A stretch of DNA of 34,213 nt from a virus (IMGVR_UViG_3300025035_000576:1-34213); one strand, 5' to 3'; positions 26,049 to 34,091 are shown, counted from the stretch's first letter. A program made the numbers and translations. Notes: generated from the sequence alone by a model not told the origin.

Positions 26049-28506
26049 GACCAAGACCGAAACCAACTATCTGCAGCCCCAATCCGACGCAGAGGTTTAT
26101 CCTGCCGTGTGCTGCTTAAACTGTCCCAACCCAAAGGCTCGTAGATTAGGTTCTAGAGGAAACAAGAAGAGTCCGTTCGTGATAGTGTCCGAAAGCCCTA
26201 GCGTGGAAGATCTGCGCTGGGGTTTTTTGTTTTGCGATGCCGCCGGCCGCCTAATCGACAAGTCTTTGCCTTCGGATTTGGACTTCGACGACTTTTTCAT
26301 CTTATATGCGATTCAATGCCGAACGGTCTCTAAAGGCAAACTTAATATGACCCAGGCGGCTAGGACCAGACTGGACAAAGAAGTTAGATTGACAGCAGTT
26401 CGAGCATGTCGAAACCGTCTGATGGAGCAACTCGAAGAATACCCAAGAACAGTTATATTGGCGTTAGGTAATATTGCAAATATGGCCTTATCTGGCAGGG
26501 ATGAGTTCAAGATTATGCAACTCAGAGGAATCCCGTACAAAATAGTATTAAACTCGCAGGCAAGGCCAGTCACTGTTATTCCGACTCCACATCCGGCGCT
26601 TCTATTGCGAGGCATAGGCCACTATCCTACATTCAAAAGTGACGTAGAGTTGGCTTTAAGCTACTATAAGCCGGCGCAAGTTCAATCCGATAGACGTGCA
26701 AAATGGATTGAAGCTGGGTACGCTGTTTTGAAGACTGCCGAAGATATTAGAAAGTACCACATGCAATTGAAATCAGACCTCAAACCTGGGTCTGAAGCTC
26801 TGGTAGCCTGCGATGTTGAAACCTCTTCGCTGTCATGCTTTACAGGTAGACTTCTTGAGGTCGGGTTCTACAAGGATAGTGAGGAGGATAAGGCATACAT
26901 CGTATCTCGAGATACTTTGCAAGATCCTTTAGCCCAAGAAGCTTTGAGGGCTCTATTAGAGGATTCGGCAATTAAGCTCATCTTCCAATTCGGTAAGTTC
27001 GACTACAATTTCCTACGCCATGCAAACTTACTGAGGAATACTCCTTACATTGTACGTGCTGATACTGGGCTGATGTCATATGCTCTATCTGAGGCCTCTA
27101 AGTCACATGATTTGGATGAACTGGCCAAAAATCTTCTAGGAGCACCTACGCATAAGCACGTACTAGATCCTTATCTCCCAAACAAAAAGACCTCCTATGA
27201 CGTAGTTCCTCCTGATGTCCTGCAGTGGTATTTAGCGCAGGACCTCAAGAAGACATTCCATATATATAGCTCTTTGGCGGCTACATTAGATACACAGCCA
27301 AAACTGCGCAGGCTCGTGGATGAAGTTTTACTGCCCATCAGCCACATGTTGGGCCTAGTGCAGTATGAGGGAATTCAAGTCGATACAGGATATGTGGCGG
27401 AAAATGAAAAAGAAGTATTGACTGAAATTGCCTCAGTCGAAGGCAAATTGTTCGACATTCTAGGATATAAACTCAATCCAAACTCCCCAGCACAGGTTAA
27501 GCAGACCCTATTCGGTAAGCTGAAGCTACGGATTAAAGACAAAATCCCAACATCCACCGATAAGGGTGTACTAACAAAACTCGATAAGCATCCGGTAGTA
27601 GCTCTGATACTAGAGCATCGGCGCTTAGGCAAGCAATTATCCACCTACATTAGGCCGGCAGCTAAACTGCAGGTAAACGGTCGCATACACACTACTTTCA
27701 AACAACATTCGACGACAACTGGGAGATTATCATCGACAGAGCCTAACATCCAGAATATACCTCGCAACTCTAAGTTGCGTCGTATGTTTTGCGCTGCTCC
27801 AGGCAAAATCCTGCTGGAAGCGGATTACAATACGGCGGAACTTAGAGCCTTAGCAGCTCTTAGCGAGGATGAATTCCTGACCTCAATCTTTGTTAACAAT
27901 ACGCGCAATCTGCACGATGAGGTTGCCATAAGCATGTACGGACCTAACTTCACTACCGATCAACGAATTCGAGCTAAGGCCATAAACTTCGGCATTCCAT
28001 ACGGCCGTGAAGCTTTTAGCATCGCTGAGGAATTCGATATAAGTTCTGCTGAAGCTCAACGTCTAATTGATGCTTGGGTTGCGCGAATGCCAAAAGCGGC
28101 ACAGTTTATCGCAGAATGCCGTAAAGCTCCTTTGCTCGGTAAAAATCTGGAGACGGTATTTGGAAATAAACGGCGCGCAGGGATAGTGTCCCCCAACAAT
28201 TTGAAGGGACTACAAAACGAATTCGCCAACTTTAAGATGCAAAGTACCATCGCATTCTTTACCAACCTATCTGGAGTAGAACTTTTCCCATTCCTCCGAG
28301 AGAATGACGCGGCCATAGTGAACCTAGTACATGATTCTCTTCTTCTCGAGCTGCCTAATGAACCTCAAATCATTGCAAAAATTGCGGCCAAGGCTAAAGA
28401 AGTAATGGAGACTTTGCCTTGTGAATGGCTTGATACGCCTGTTACTTTCACAGTGGACTTTAAAATTGGCACTCATTGGGGGTTATGTGAAAAATACAAT
28501 TCATGA
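25996..28506 (+). CDS. polA: Family A DNA polymerase with N-terminal UDG-like domain and 3'-5' exonuclease
   Basis: Exonuclease motifs DVET, KFD and YLAQD; polymerase motifs TTTGRLSS, PNIQNIP, DYNTAELR, RAKAINFGIPYG and VHDS; N-terminal UDG-family-4-like ILALGN and HPALLLR. Exact start uncertain. Confidence 0.93.
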   Translation: MSIITSSQSMANTMVCDKTKTETNYLQPQSDAEVYPAVCCLNCPNPKARRLGSRGNKKSPFVIVSESPSVEDLRWGFLFCDAAGRLIDKSLPSDLDFDDFFILYAIQCRTVSKGKLNMTQAARTRLDKEVRLTAVRACRNRLMEQLEEYPRTVILALGNIANMALSGRDEFKIMQLRGIPYKIVLNSQARPVTVIPTPHPALLLRGIGHYPTFKSDVELALSYYKPAQVQSDRRAKWIEAGYAVLKTAEDIRKYHMQLKSDLKPGSEALVACDVETSSLSCFTGRLLEVGFYKDSEEDKAYIVSRDTLQDPLAQEALRALLEDSAIKLIFQFGKFDYNFLRHANLLRNTPYIVRADTGLMSYALSEASKSHDLDELAKNLLGAPTHKHVLDPYLPNKKTSYDVVPPDVLQWYLAQDLKKTFHIYSSLAATLDTQPKLRRLVDEVLLPISHMLGLVQYEGIQVDTGYVAENEKEVLTEIASVEGKLFDILGYKLNPNSPAQVKQTLFGKLKLRIKDKIPTSTDKGVLTKLDKHPVVALILEHRRLGKQLSTYIRPAAKLQVNGRIHTTFKQHSTTTGRLSSTEPNIQNIPRNSKLRRMFCAAPGKILLEADYNTAELRALAALSEDEFLTSIFVNNTRNLHDEVAISMYGPNFTTDQRIRAKAINFGIPYGREAFSIAEEFDISSAEAQRLIDAWVARMPKAAQFIAECRKAPLLGKNLETVFGNKRRAGIVSPNNLKGLQNEFANFKMQSTIAFFTNLSGVELFPFLRENDAAIVNLVHDSLLLELPNEPQIIAKIAAKAKEVMETLPCEWLDTPVTFTVDFKIGTHWGLCEKYNS

Positions 28507-28753
28507 CGTCGAACTCAGCAAATGTACTACACTATTCTGGTCGATATCGCAAGTCTGGTATAGCCACTCCAACAATACCAAAATCACTGTAGGGCAAACT
28601 TTCCAAAATCTAAAGGACATTAAAACCCGAATTAGCAATAAAAAGCCTACCTTGAAGCTAAACGACAGAATCAATGACTTGCAGCAAGACATAATCCTTA
28701 ACCAGGCATCCGAGGATCAAGAACATGCTATTCAGGCCCTTAAAGGCGGCTAA
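28487..28753 (+). CDS. Hypothetical protein
   Basis: Fills the gap between polymerase and ligase; probable GTG start at 28487, uncertain. Confidence 0.5.
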   Translation: MKNTIHDVELSKCTTLFWSISQVWYSHSNNTKITVGQTFQNLKDIKTRISNKKPTLKLNDRINDLQQDIILNQASEDQEHAIQALKGG

Positions 28754-29648
28754 ATCCCCAGTAAGTTTAGCGCAGTTCATCGAATGGGACAAGAAATATG
28801 GATTGTTCCCTTTATTGGCCTCCAACAAGATTGACGGAATTAGGGGACTAACACGTAATGGACAAATGTTGTCATGCGCACTGAAACCTATCCCTTCCCA
28901 ATTTGCTCAAACGTTGGCACGAACTTTAGGCGATAACTTCGACGGGGAACTTATAAGCGTCAAAGGTCCAACAGAAACTTATTCGGACGTAATGACGCAA
29001 GGTTGCAGTAGCACGCTACACTACCACCTGTTCGATTATGTCGACGATTCCAATCTAAACATGCCATTTGAAATGCGGCAAGCACATCTCAAAAAACGCA
29101 TGGATGAGCTATCCAAAACTGTACCCTTAGATCATGTCCATATACTGGGCCAGCAGTTAGTAACCTGCATCGAGGACCTCATAAATGTCGAAGCTATAGC
29201 CCTAGACAACGGATTTGAAGGCTTAGTTCTGCGCGACCCAAAGGGAATCTACAAAACTGGCAGATCTACTGTGAAAGACCGTATTTCCTTGAAACTGGTA
29301 CGTTACGCAACCTCAGAGGCCAAAGTAACCGGTTATGAGGAATTATACCACAACAACAACACTCCCATAACGAATGAGACTGGATATACTAAGCGCTCGT
29401 CCGTAGCATCGGGTATGTCACAAGCAGGCTCTTTGGGCGCGCTAATAGTCGAAGACATCTACAGCGGAGTGGCTTTGAAATTGGGTACTGGCTTGGATAG
29501 CGCACAGCGCGATCATATTTGGTCTAACCCCGAAGCATACTTAGGCAAAATCTGCAAATACAAGTTTAAACCCTATGGAACGAAAAATGCACCGCGCCAA
29601 CCAAGGTTTTTATGTTGGCGTTCTCCTCTTGACATTTCCGAGGCGTGA
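28725..29648 (+). CDS. ATP-dependent DNA ligase (minimal type)
   Basis: KIDG adenylation motif, FDGEL, LFD, EGLVLR, YKTGRS, LGTG and PRQPRF. Confidence 0.95.
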   Translation: MLFRPLKAAKSPVSLAQFIEWDKKYGLFPLLASNKIDGIRGLTRNGQMLSCALKPIPSQFAQTLARTLGDNFDGELISVKGPTETYSDVMTQGCSSTLHYHLFDYVDDSNLNMPFEMRQAHLKKRMDELSKTVPLDHVHILGQQLVTCIEDLINVEAIALDNGFEGLVLRDPKGIYKTGRSTVKDRISLKLVRYATSEAKVTGYEELYHNNNTPITNETGYTKRSSVASGMSQAGSLGALIVEDIYSGVALKLGTGLDSAQRDHIWSNPEAYLGKICKYKFKPYGTKNAPRQPRFLCWRSPLDISEA

Positions 29649-29653
29649 ATTAA

Positions 29654-29980
29654 ATGAGCACAGATAAAGGTGTAAAACTCGATCAAGGCAAGCTCAAGAT
29701 GTCGTTGGTGCTTGGAGACTTTGCAAAAGCTTTGACTGCTGTAGTAAATGTCGGCACATACGGGGCTGAGAAATACACTGAGCATGGTTGGTTAGAAGTG
29801 TCCAGTGGTAGGGAGCGGTATACTGATGCATTACTGCGACACCTATTCGCTGAATTGCAAGGAGAAGATACCGATACTGAAAGTGAATTGCTGCACGCAG
29901 CTCATGTTGCATGGAATAGTCTCGCCAGGCTGCAACTAATCCTGCGAGACCTGAGCTCAAATCAAGGCTTTAAAGATTGA
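29654..29980 (+). CDS. dATP/dGTP diphosphohydrolase-like domain protein (DUF5664-type)
   Basis: GVKLDQGK, VGTYGAEKY..HGW, RYTDALLRH and DTESELLHAAHVAWN. Confidence 0.85.
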   Translation: MSTDKGVKLDQGKLKMSLVLGDFAKALTAVVNVGTYGAEKYTEHGWLEVSSGRERYTDALLRHLFAELQGEDTDTESELLHAAHVAWNSLARLQLILRDLSSNQGFKD

Positions 29981-29993
29981 GCCTCTGAAACAC

Positions 29994-30023
29994 TTGCAAT
30001 GACCATCATAAGTGTGTTATAAT
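29994..30023 (+). promoter_or_regulatory. Sigma70-type promoter P5
   Basis: TTGCAA-N18-TATAAT with extended -10 TGn; strong AGGAG RBS downstream. Confidence 0.75.
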
Positions 30024-30052
30024 ATTTCATCATCAATAAGAGGAGAAAGTAA

Positions 30053-30244
30053 ATGAAGACGAAGACCAAGATTTACCCTCTAACTTTGAAGCCACATTCT
30101 TTGCATCCCTGCTGTCTCAACTCTTTACGCCAGCTAGTCCTCCCATTCCTGCCGGTAGTGCATGTGCAGGCAGGTAGCACGGTCGAATGTCTGAAATGCA
30201 AAAACACTATTGAATACCACCGTGGATCCTGGCGCCATGCTTAA
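30053..30244 (+). CDS. Small Zn-ribbon-like hypothetical protein
   Basis: Strong RBS; HPCC...CLKC. Confidence 0.65.
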   Translation: MKTKTKIYPLTLKPHSLHPCCLNSLRQLVLPFLPVVHVQAGSTVECLKCKNTIEYHRGSWRHA

Positions 30245-30437
30245 GGTGAAACCTGCTGCGCAAAGTATCCTAGAAATCAAACTCATGCTGGGATGCGACG
30301 AAACTGTAGATCTCCGGTCTAAGGCCTTAGCTGAGGCAATGCGGAAGTATCAAGGAGAAATCGAACATGCACGTACACTACGGCGACTTTGCAGAATTCT
30401 TACTGCGCCCAAGAAGTCATCCACGTCGCTACTATAA
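30237..30437 (+). CDS. Hypothetical protein
   Basis: ATG at 30237 overlaps the previous gene end; helical; overlaps the next ORF by 71 nt. Confidence 0.45.
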   Translation: MLKVKPAAQSILEIKLMLGCDETVDLRSKALAEAMRKYQGEIEHARTLRRLCRILTAPKKSSTSLL

Positions 30438-30744
30438 TCGTAGCCGCAACTGTGGAATCCTGTTAAGCGTAGGCTTAAGTTTAGTCGGCTGCGCCTCTTT
30501 CGAAGCAGCTCCCCCCGGTTTCGACCCTCTATCTTGGTGCATGATACATAAGGATAAATCAGGGATCTCTCCTGAGGCTTTAGTATGTCAATGCAAAAGA
30601 GATATTACTAGGCAGCCCCTCATAGGATGTGAGGCGCGTGAAAAAGAAGAAATCGACAGACATGCAAATCCAAGCCTCGACCAATCTCTATTACGGGAAT
30701 TAGAGAACTTGAACGAGCAGATAAGTCGTCTACAGGAGGAATAG
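30367..30744 (+). CDS. Putative lipoprotein
   Basis: AAGGAG RBS; basic N-region, hydrophobic stretch GILLSVGLSL and lipobox LVG-C; further Cys residues. Confidence 0.55.
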   Translation: MHVHYGDFAEFLLRPRSHPRRYYNRSRNCGILLSVGLSLVGCASFEAAPPGFDPLSWCMIHKDKSGISPEALVCQCKRDITRQPLIGCEAREKEEIDRHANPSLDQSLLRELENLNEQISRLQEE

Positions 30745-30747
30745 CGA

Positions 30748-30966
30748 ATGATCAAGAGATGGAACACAGACTTCTATTTTGGGTCGCAAGATTTCGTGAA
30801 GCTCCAGCGGGACCTTCAAGAGGAATCTCAGGCCAATACTAAGCGTATACGCAAATTGCGGGCGACAGCCTTTCAAGCTGTAGATGACAATCCATTCGGC
30901 GATGCTGAACGTATGGATGCCGAGGCTCTCATCGCAAGTGACTCTATCCACTCAAGAGGTTTATAA
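30748..30966 (+). CDS. Hypothetical protein
   Basis: GGAGG RBS; tightly packed with its neighbours. Confidence 0.65.
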   Translation: MIKRWNTDFYFGSQDFVKLQRDLQEESQANTKRIRKLRATAFQAVDDNPFGDAERMDAEALIASDSIHSRGL

Positions 30967-31364
30967 TGAACATTGAAGACCAAAAGGCTCTGTTTAACGA
31001 TTTGTCGTGCCTGCTCCGAGTATTTAATTCCCAGGTACATACTAACCTGCGAAAGACGCACAAAGAAGTGGCCAAGACCAATGCAAACAATAAGCTGCTC
31101 CATCCGCAACTACAGCTTAAACTTGACCGGTATAATTACCTTCTGTCTACGGCATATAGGGTAGAAAAACAGCTGGAGAAGCTGAAGCGCCGAGTCGCAA
31201 CAATCGCAACAACCGCAACAAGCAATTCAATGGGCTTGAACACCGTCATTTACGATGCGCTTGAAGTCCTAGACGAAAAGGATCTACCGCTAGACGCATG
31301 GCCTGACCAACTCTTGAACGCCGTAGCAAATGCTGGGTATAAAATCTGTACTAGCGCGGATTAG
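30966..31364 (+). CDS. Hypothetical coiled-coil protein
   Basis: TAATG stop/start overlap; GAGG RBS. Confidence 0.65.
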   Translation: MNIEDQKALFNDLSCLLRVFNSQVHTNLRKTHKEVAKTNANNKLLHPQLQLKLDRYNYLLSTAYRVEKQLEKLKRRVATIATTATSNSMGLNTVIYDALEVLDEKDLPLDAWPDQLLNAVANAGYKICTSAD

Positions 31365-31371
31365 ACGTGAT

Positions 31372-31399
31372 ATACTGCATACTGCATACTGCATACCGC
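31372..31399 (+). repeat. 7-bp tandem repeat (ATACTGC)x3 + ATACCGC
   Basis: Read directly; lies between ORFs. Confidence 0.9.
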
Positions 31400-31422
31400 A
31401 CATTGACACAGGACCACCAACG

Positions 31423-31659
31423 ATGTCGAGACCAGTTCGAGGATTTACAAAGGTAGAAAAAACCTTAGCTGAATATGAATCAGCCGTGTTCAAGGAAGTA
31501 CAGACATTTGGGTATGATCGAGAAGAGATAGACCTTGATGAAGTCTGGGACGATTGGATTGATGGACTCCCGTCCAAGTTGGCGGCAATTAGACAGGTAA
31601 GGCACATTAGGATCAGAAACGGCATGAACCTGAACCTGAACCTGCCCCCAAGCCCTTGA
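31423..31659 (+). CDS. Hypothetical protein
   Basis: ATG at 31423 with AGGA upstream is preferred over 31330, which would read through the tandem repeat. Confidence 0.55.
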   Translation: MSRPVRGFTKVEKTLAEYESAVFKEVQTFGYDREEIDLDEVWDDWIDGLPSKLAAIRQVRHIRIRNGMNLNLNLPPSP

Positions 31660-31684
31660 AATTGTTTATAGACTGCTATATAAT
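31656..31684 (+). promoter_or_regulatory. Sigma70-type promoter P6
   Basis: TTGAAA-N17-TATAAT. Confidence 0.85.
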
Positions 31685-31691
31685 AAAGATT

Positions 31692-31712
31692 AAGCAGCAA
31701 GCAGCAAGCAGC
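31692..31712 (+). repeat. 7-bp tandem repeat (AAGCAGC)x3 in the 5' leader
   Basis: Read directly; lies between the P6 -10 box and the AAGGAG RBS. Confidence 0.9.
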
Positions 31713-31732
31713 AAACAAGGAGAAGGTCCGCT

Positions 31733-32164
31733 ATGACTAAAATCGAATTGCCAACGCAGGCGCAACTTGCGCAAATGTTTCCGACTCCACCGACAATCCT
31801 CTTTGATGAGACTCAATTGAGGGAATACCTCCGCCACACGTTCAAGAGGTTCACTTCCTTCGACATGCAGCAAACGAACGGCTCCTGGGGAGTGCAAGAG
31901 ATCAAAAAGTTCTCATTCCTCGTAGCTCCGCTGGAGGTAGAAAGGTACGCAGTATATTCCACATACAACCTCTATGAAGGTAAGATGTCTCCGGAAACAT
32001 TCGGGGCCGCCATAACCTTGTATGTCTTTAATCGGCGACTCTGGAAATTCCACGATGAAGGGCATGACGTTCAACGCCTGTCAGGTCGTTATTATTCAAT
32101 GCTGTCGACAGCACACGCGTCCAAGAACCTCGACGGCCTCGCCATTATGAACTTCTTGGACTGA
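31733..32164 (+). CDS. ArdB/KlcA-like antirestriction protein
   Basis: The pattern NGSW...FLVAP...N.YEGKMSPETFGAAITL...RYYSM...AIMNFLD parallels the ArdB/KlcA pattern GGxW...YMxP...N..xxxMSxxAAG...YxxL...IxxxxD; similar length (143 aa). Confidence 0.68.
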   Translation: MTKIELPTQAQLAQMFPTPPTILFDETQLREYLRHTFKRFTSFDMQQTNGSWGVQEIKKFSFLVAPLEVERYAVYSTYNLYEGKMSPETFGAAITLYVFNRRLWKFHDEGHDVQRLSGRYYSMLSTAHASKNLDGLAIMNFLD

Positions 32165-32191
32165 TGCCGCATTCAGATAGGAGCGAATAAA

Positions 32192-32434
32192 ATGTCAACT
32201 GATGCTTTGACCTATATTGACGGCAAGCGTTACCAGCTACCTTTCAATATCGTGATCGATCACTATTGCCCGCAACGAGGCTCGATCAATGATCCTGCAG
32301 CACAAATGGAAATTGAGTGGCATCTGGAATGCTGGGACGGAAGTCCTTGTGAATGGGTCGAGAACAACCTGACAGCAACCGGCATTGGCTACCTCAATGA
32401 GCTTGCCATCAAAGCTGTACTGGACGAAAGATAA
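32192..32434 (+). CDS. Hypothetical protein
   Basis: AGGAG RBS; tightly packed. Confidence 0.7.
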   Translation: MSTDALTYIDGKRYQLPFNIVIDHYCPQRGSINDPAAQMEIEWHLECWDGSPCEWVENNLTATGIGYLNELAIKAVLDER

Positions 32435-32667
32435 TGAAGACCTTGAGCATGGCAAAACAGGAGTTCAAGAAGCGTTGGGAATCAGATGACGCTGGCGGAG
32501 GAATTTCTTTCGAGGACGTCGCGAATTGCGCGAAGGCGTGGGGCATAGCAAGCTACCCACGCACCATGCGCCTTGAACTCATTCGCTACCTAGTGCTGAA
32601 GGCTGCTGGCGTCAAAGACGCTGAGGAGTATGCCCCTGAGGAGGAGGATGAGGATGAATACGAATAA
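32434..32667 (+). CDS. Hypothetical protein with acidic tail
   Basis: TAATG overlap; ends EEEDEDEYE. Confidence 0.7.
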   Translation: MKTLSMAKQEFKKRWESDDAGGGISFEDVANCAKAWGIASYPRTMRLELIRYLVLKAAGVKDAEEYAPEEEDEDEYE

Positions 32668-33112
32668 CATGTCTGCTACACGGCCCGCTCGTTGGATGCG
32701 TCCCAGAGAGTTGTCCACCATCCCAGGCGCAAACATTCAGCCAAACGTGCTGTGCTACGCTGGCACTGTCATTGGAGTGGGCACAAGCGTCGGATCGGGT
32801 ACAGTAATCTACAACGAAGTAGTCATTGGTACGAACGTGCATATAGGTAGCGGCGTAGTGCTCTGTCATGGTGTAATCATTGGCGACGGTGCAGTAATAC
32901 ATGACCGTACCGTAATCGGATCAGAATCGGTAATTTGCAAAAGTACGATTGTGGGCTATGGCGCGCACATCGGTCGAAGGGTCAGTATTTCTCCTTACGT
33001 CCACGTAGGTGTTGAAACTCGCATCGGCGAGCGCGCTATAGTACTCGAAGGCGCAAGAATTCCGCCGTATACACAAGTAGCAGACGGCGACGTTATCGTC
33101 AAAAGATTCTGA
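32654..33112 (+). CDS. Left-handed beta-helix (hexapeptide repeat) protein
   Basis: Continuous [IV]Gxxxx hexapeptides (VIGVGTSVGSGTVIYNEVVIGTNVHIGSG...); GGAGG upstream of the ATG at 32654. Confidence 0.85.
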   Translation: MNTNNMSATRPARWMRPRELSTIPGANIQPNVLCYAGTVIGVGTSVGSGTVIYNEVVIGTNVHIGSGVVLCHGVIIGDGAVIHDRTVIGSESVICKSTIVGYGAHIGRRVSISPYVHVGVETRIGERAIVLEGARIPPYTQVADGDVIVKRF

Positions 33113-33251
33113 GCATAGTCAAAGACTTTTGAACCCTTGAATGGTTACGCCGCCGCACTACGGTACTTAATTTTGACAGCGACGTTCTTATCGAAATCTT
33201 CGGAACACCAACCCGGTGCAACACAACGCACAACCAAACTTGGAGTGGCAC

Positions 33252-33578
33252 ATGTACCAGATAATCGACTTTGACAGTTTCCGCTGCGCTTTTTCACAGA
33301 TAGATCGTAATAATCAGTTTTCCAACAAGGGGCTGCGCGCCTTGTTTGATTACCTCGAAGACGGCGACCGCAGAGAATGCGGTTCTGAACTTGACGTTGT
33401 GGCTCTTTTCTGCGGGTGGACAGAGTACGAGTCAGCGCCTGGCGCCGCCGAGAAAAGCGGCTGGACAGCGGATAAAGCCGCCAGCGCTAAAGCTAACGAG
33501 GAAGCGGCTCTCTATTGGCTGAACAAGCAAACAATCACCATCCCCTTTGACGGGGGCATTCTTGTCAAAACCTTCTGA
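33252..33578 (+). CDS. Conserved phage hypothetical protein
   Basis: GGAG RBS before ATG 33252; the pattern FSxxGLxALFDYLE...ELDVVAL..W.EY is familiar from phage early regions. Confidence 0.7.
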   Translation: MYQIIDFDSFRCAFSQIDRNNQFSNKGLRALFDYLEDGDRRECGSELDVVALFCGWTEYESAPGAAEKSGWTADKAASAKANEEAALYWLNKQTITIPFDGGILVKTF

Positions 33579-33625
33579 TCCATAGTGCCGGGCATTCGCT
33601 CGGCACAACAAAACGGAGAAATGAA

Positions 33626-33808
33626 GTGGACACTCAAAAATTCTATGCCGCCAGAGAGTGCTTACTGTATGCAGGCCAACATCTGGAAATGGCCGATATG
33701 GCCCGAAGGAATCAAGACCTAGTGACCGCAGATCAGCACACTGAACTAGCTGAAATGTGGCTGATCCGGGGTGCCTCTGGAGGTGGGAACTATGAATCAA
33801 TTGACTGA
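33626..33808 (+). CDS. Hypothetical protein
   Basis: GGAG RBS before the GTG start. Confidence 0.55.
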   Translation: MDTQKFYAARECLLYAGQHLEMADMARRNQDLVTADQHTELAEMWLIRGASGGGNYESID

Positions 33809-34091
33809 GTCCATGCAATTTTTCGCAAAAACAGGACTTGTGGAAGAGATTGTTGATAGGGTTTCGCGTCACAAGCTGCCTGATCCGTGCAAGGAAGAAT
33901 ACGGATACGAAGTGCGCGTAAATGGTCTTTGGGTTGTCGGCGGCCTTGTGCCAACTGCGAAAGAAGCGCTTCAAATAGCCGATCATCTCGAGGCTTTTTA
34001 TGAGTATGCCGGGAAGGTTGATATTGTGTTCTACGTCCGGCGGCACGTTGGTCATGATTACCTGCAAGGGCTTGCTCACGGAGGAGAGTGA
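33792..34091 (+). CDS. Hypothetical protein
   Basis: GGAGGT RBS before ATG 33792. Confidence 0.65.
   Translation: MNQLTESMQFFAKTGLVEEIVDRVSRHKLPDPCKEEYGYEVRVNGLWVVGGLVPTAKEALQIADHLEAFYEYAGKVDIVFYVRRHVGHDYLQGLAHGGE

Noticed and set aside
25996-28506. Intein or intron in the polymerase
   Set aside because: The extra length is explained by the UDG-like domain; no splice-junction motifs or frame breaks were seen.
556-31364. Genome-wide TAG reassignment (alternative genetic code)
   Set aside because: Only one internal TAG was found. Other long genes have none, and TAG ends several genes at sensible boundaries (9296, 10251, 16570, 30744).
264-34079. Minus-strand ORFs (e.g. 33432-34079, 22656-23108, 11257-11718)
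   Set aside because: All are antisense shadows of well-supported + strand genes and carry no recognisable motifs.
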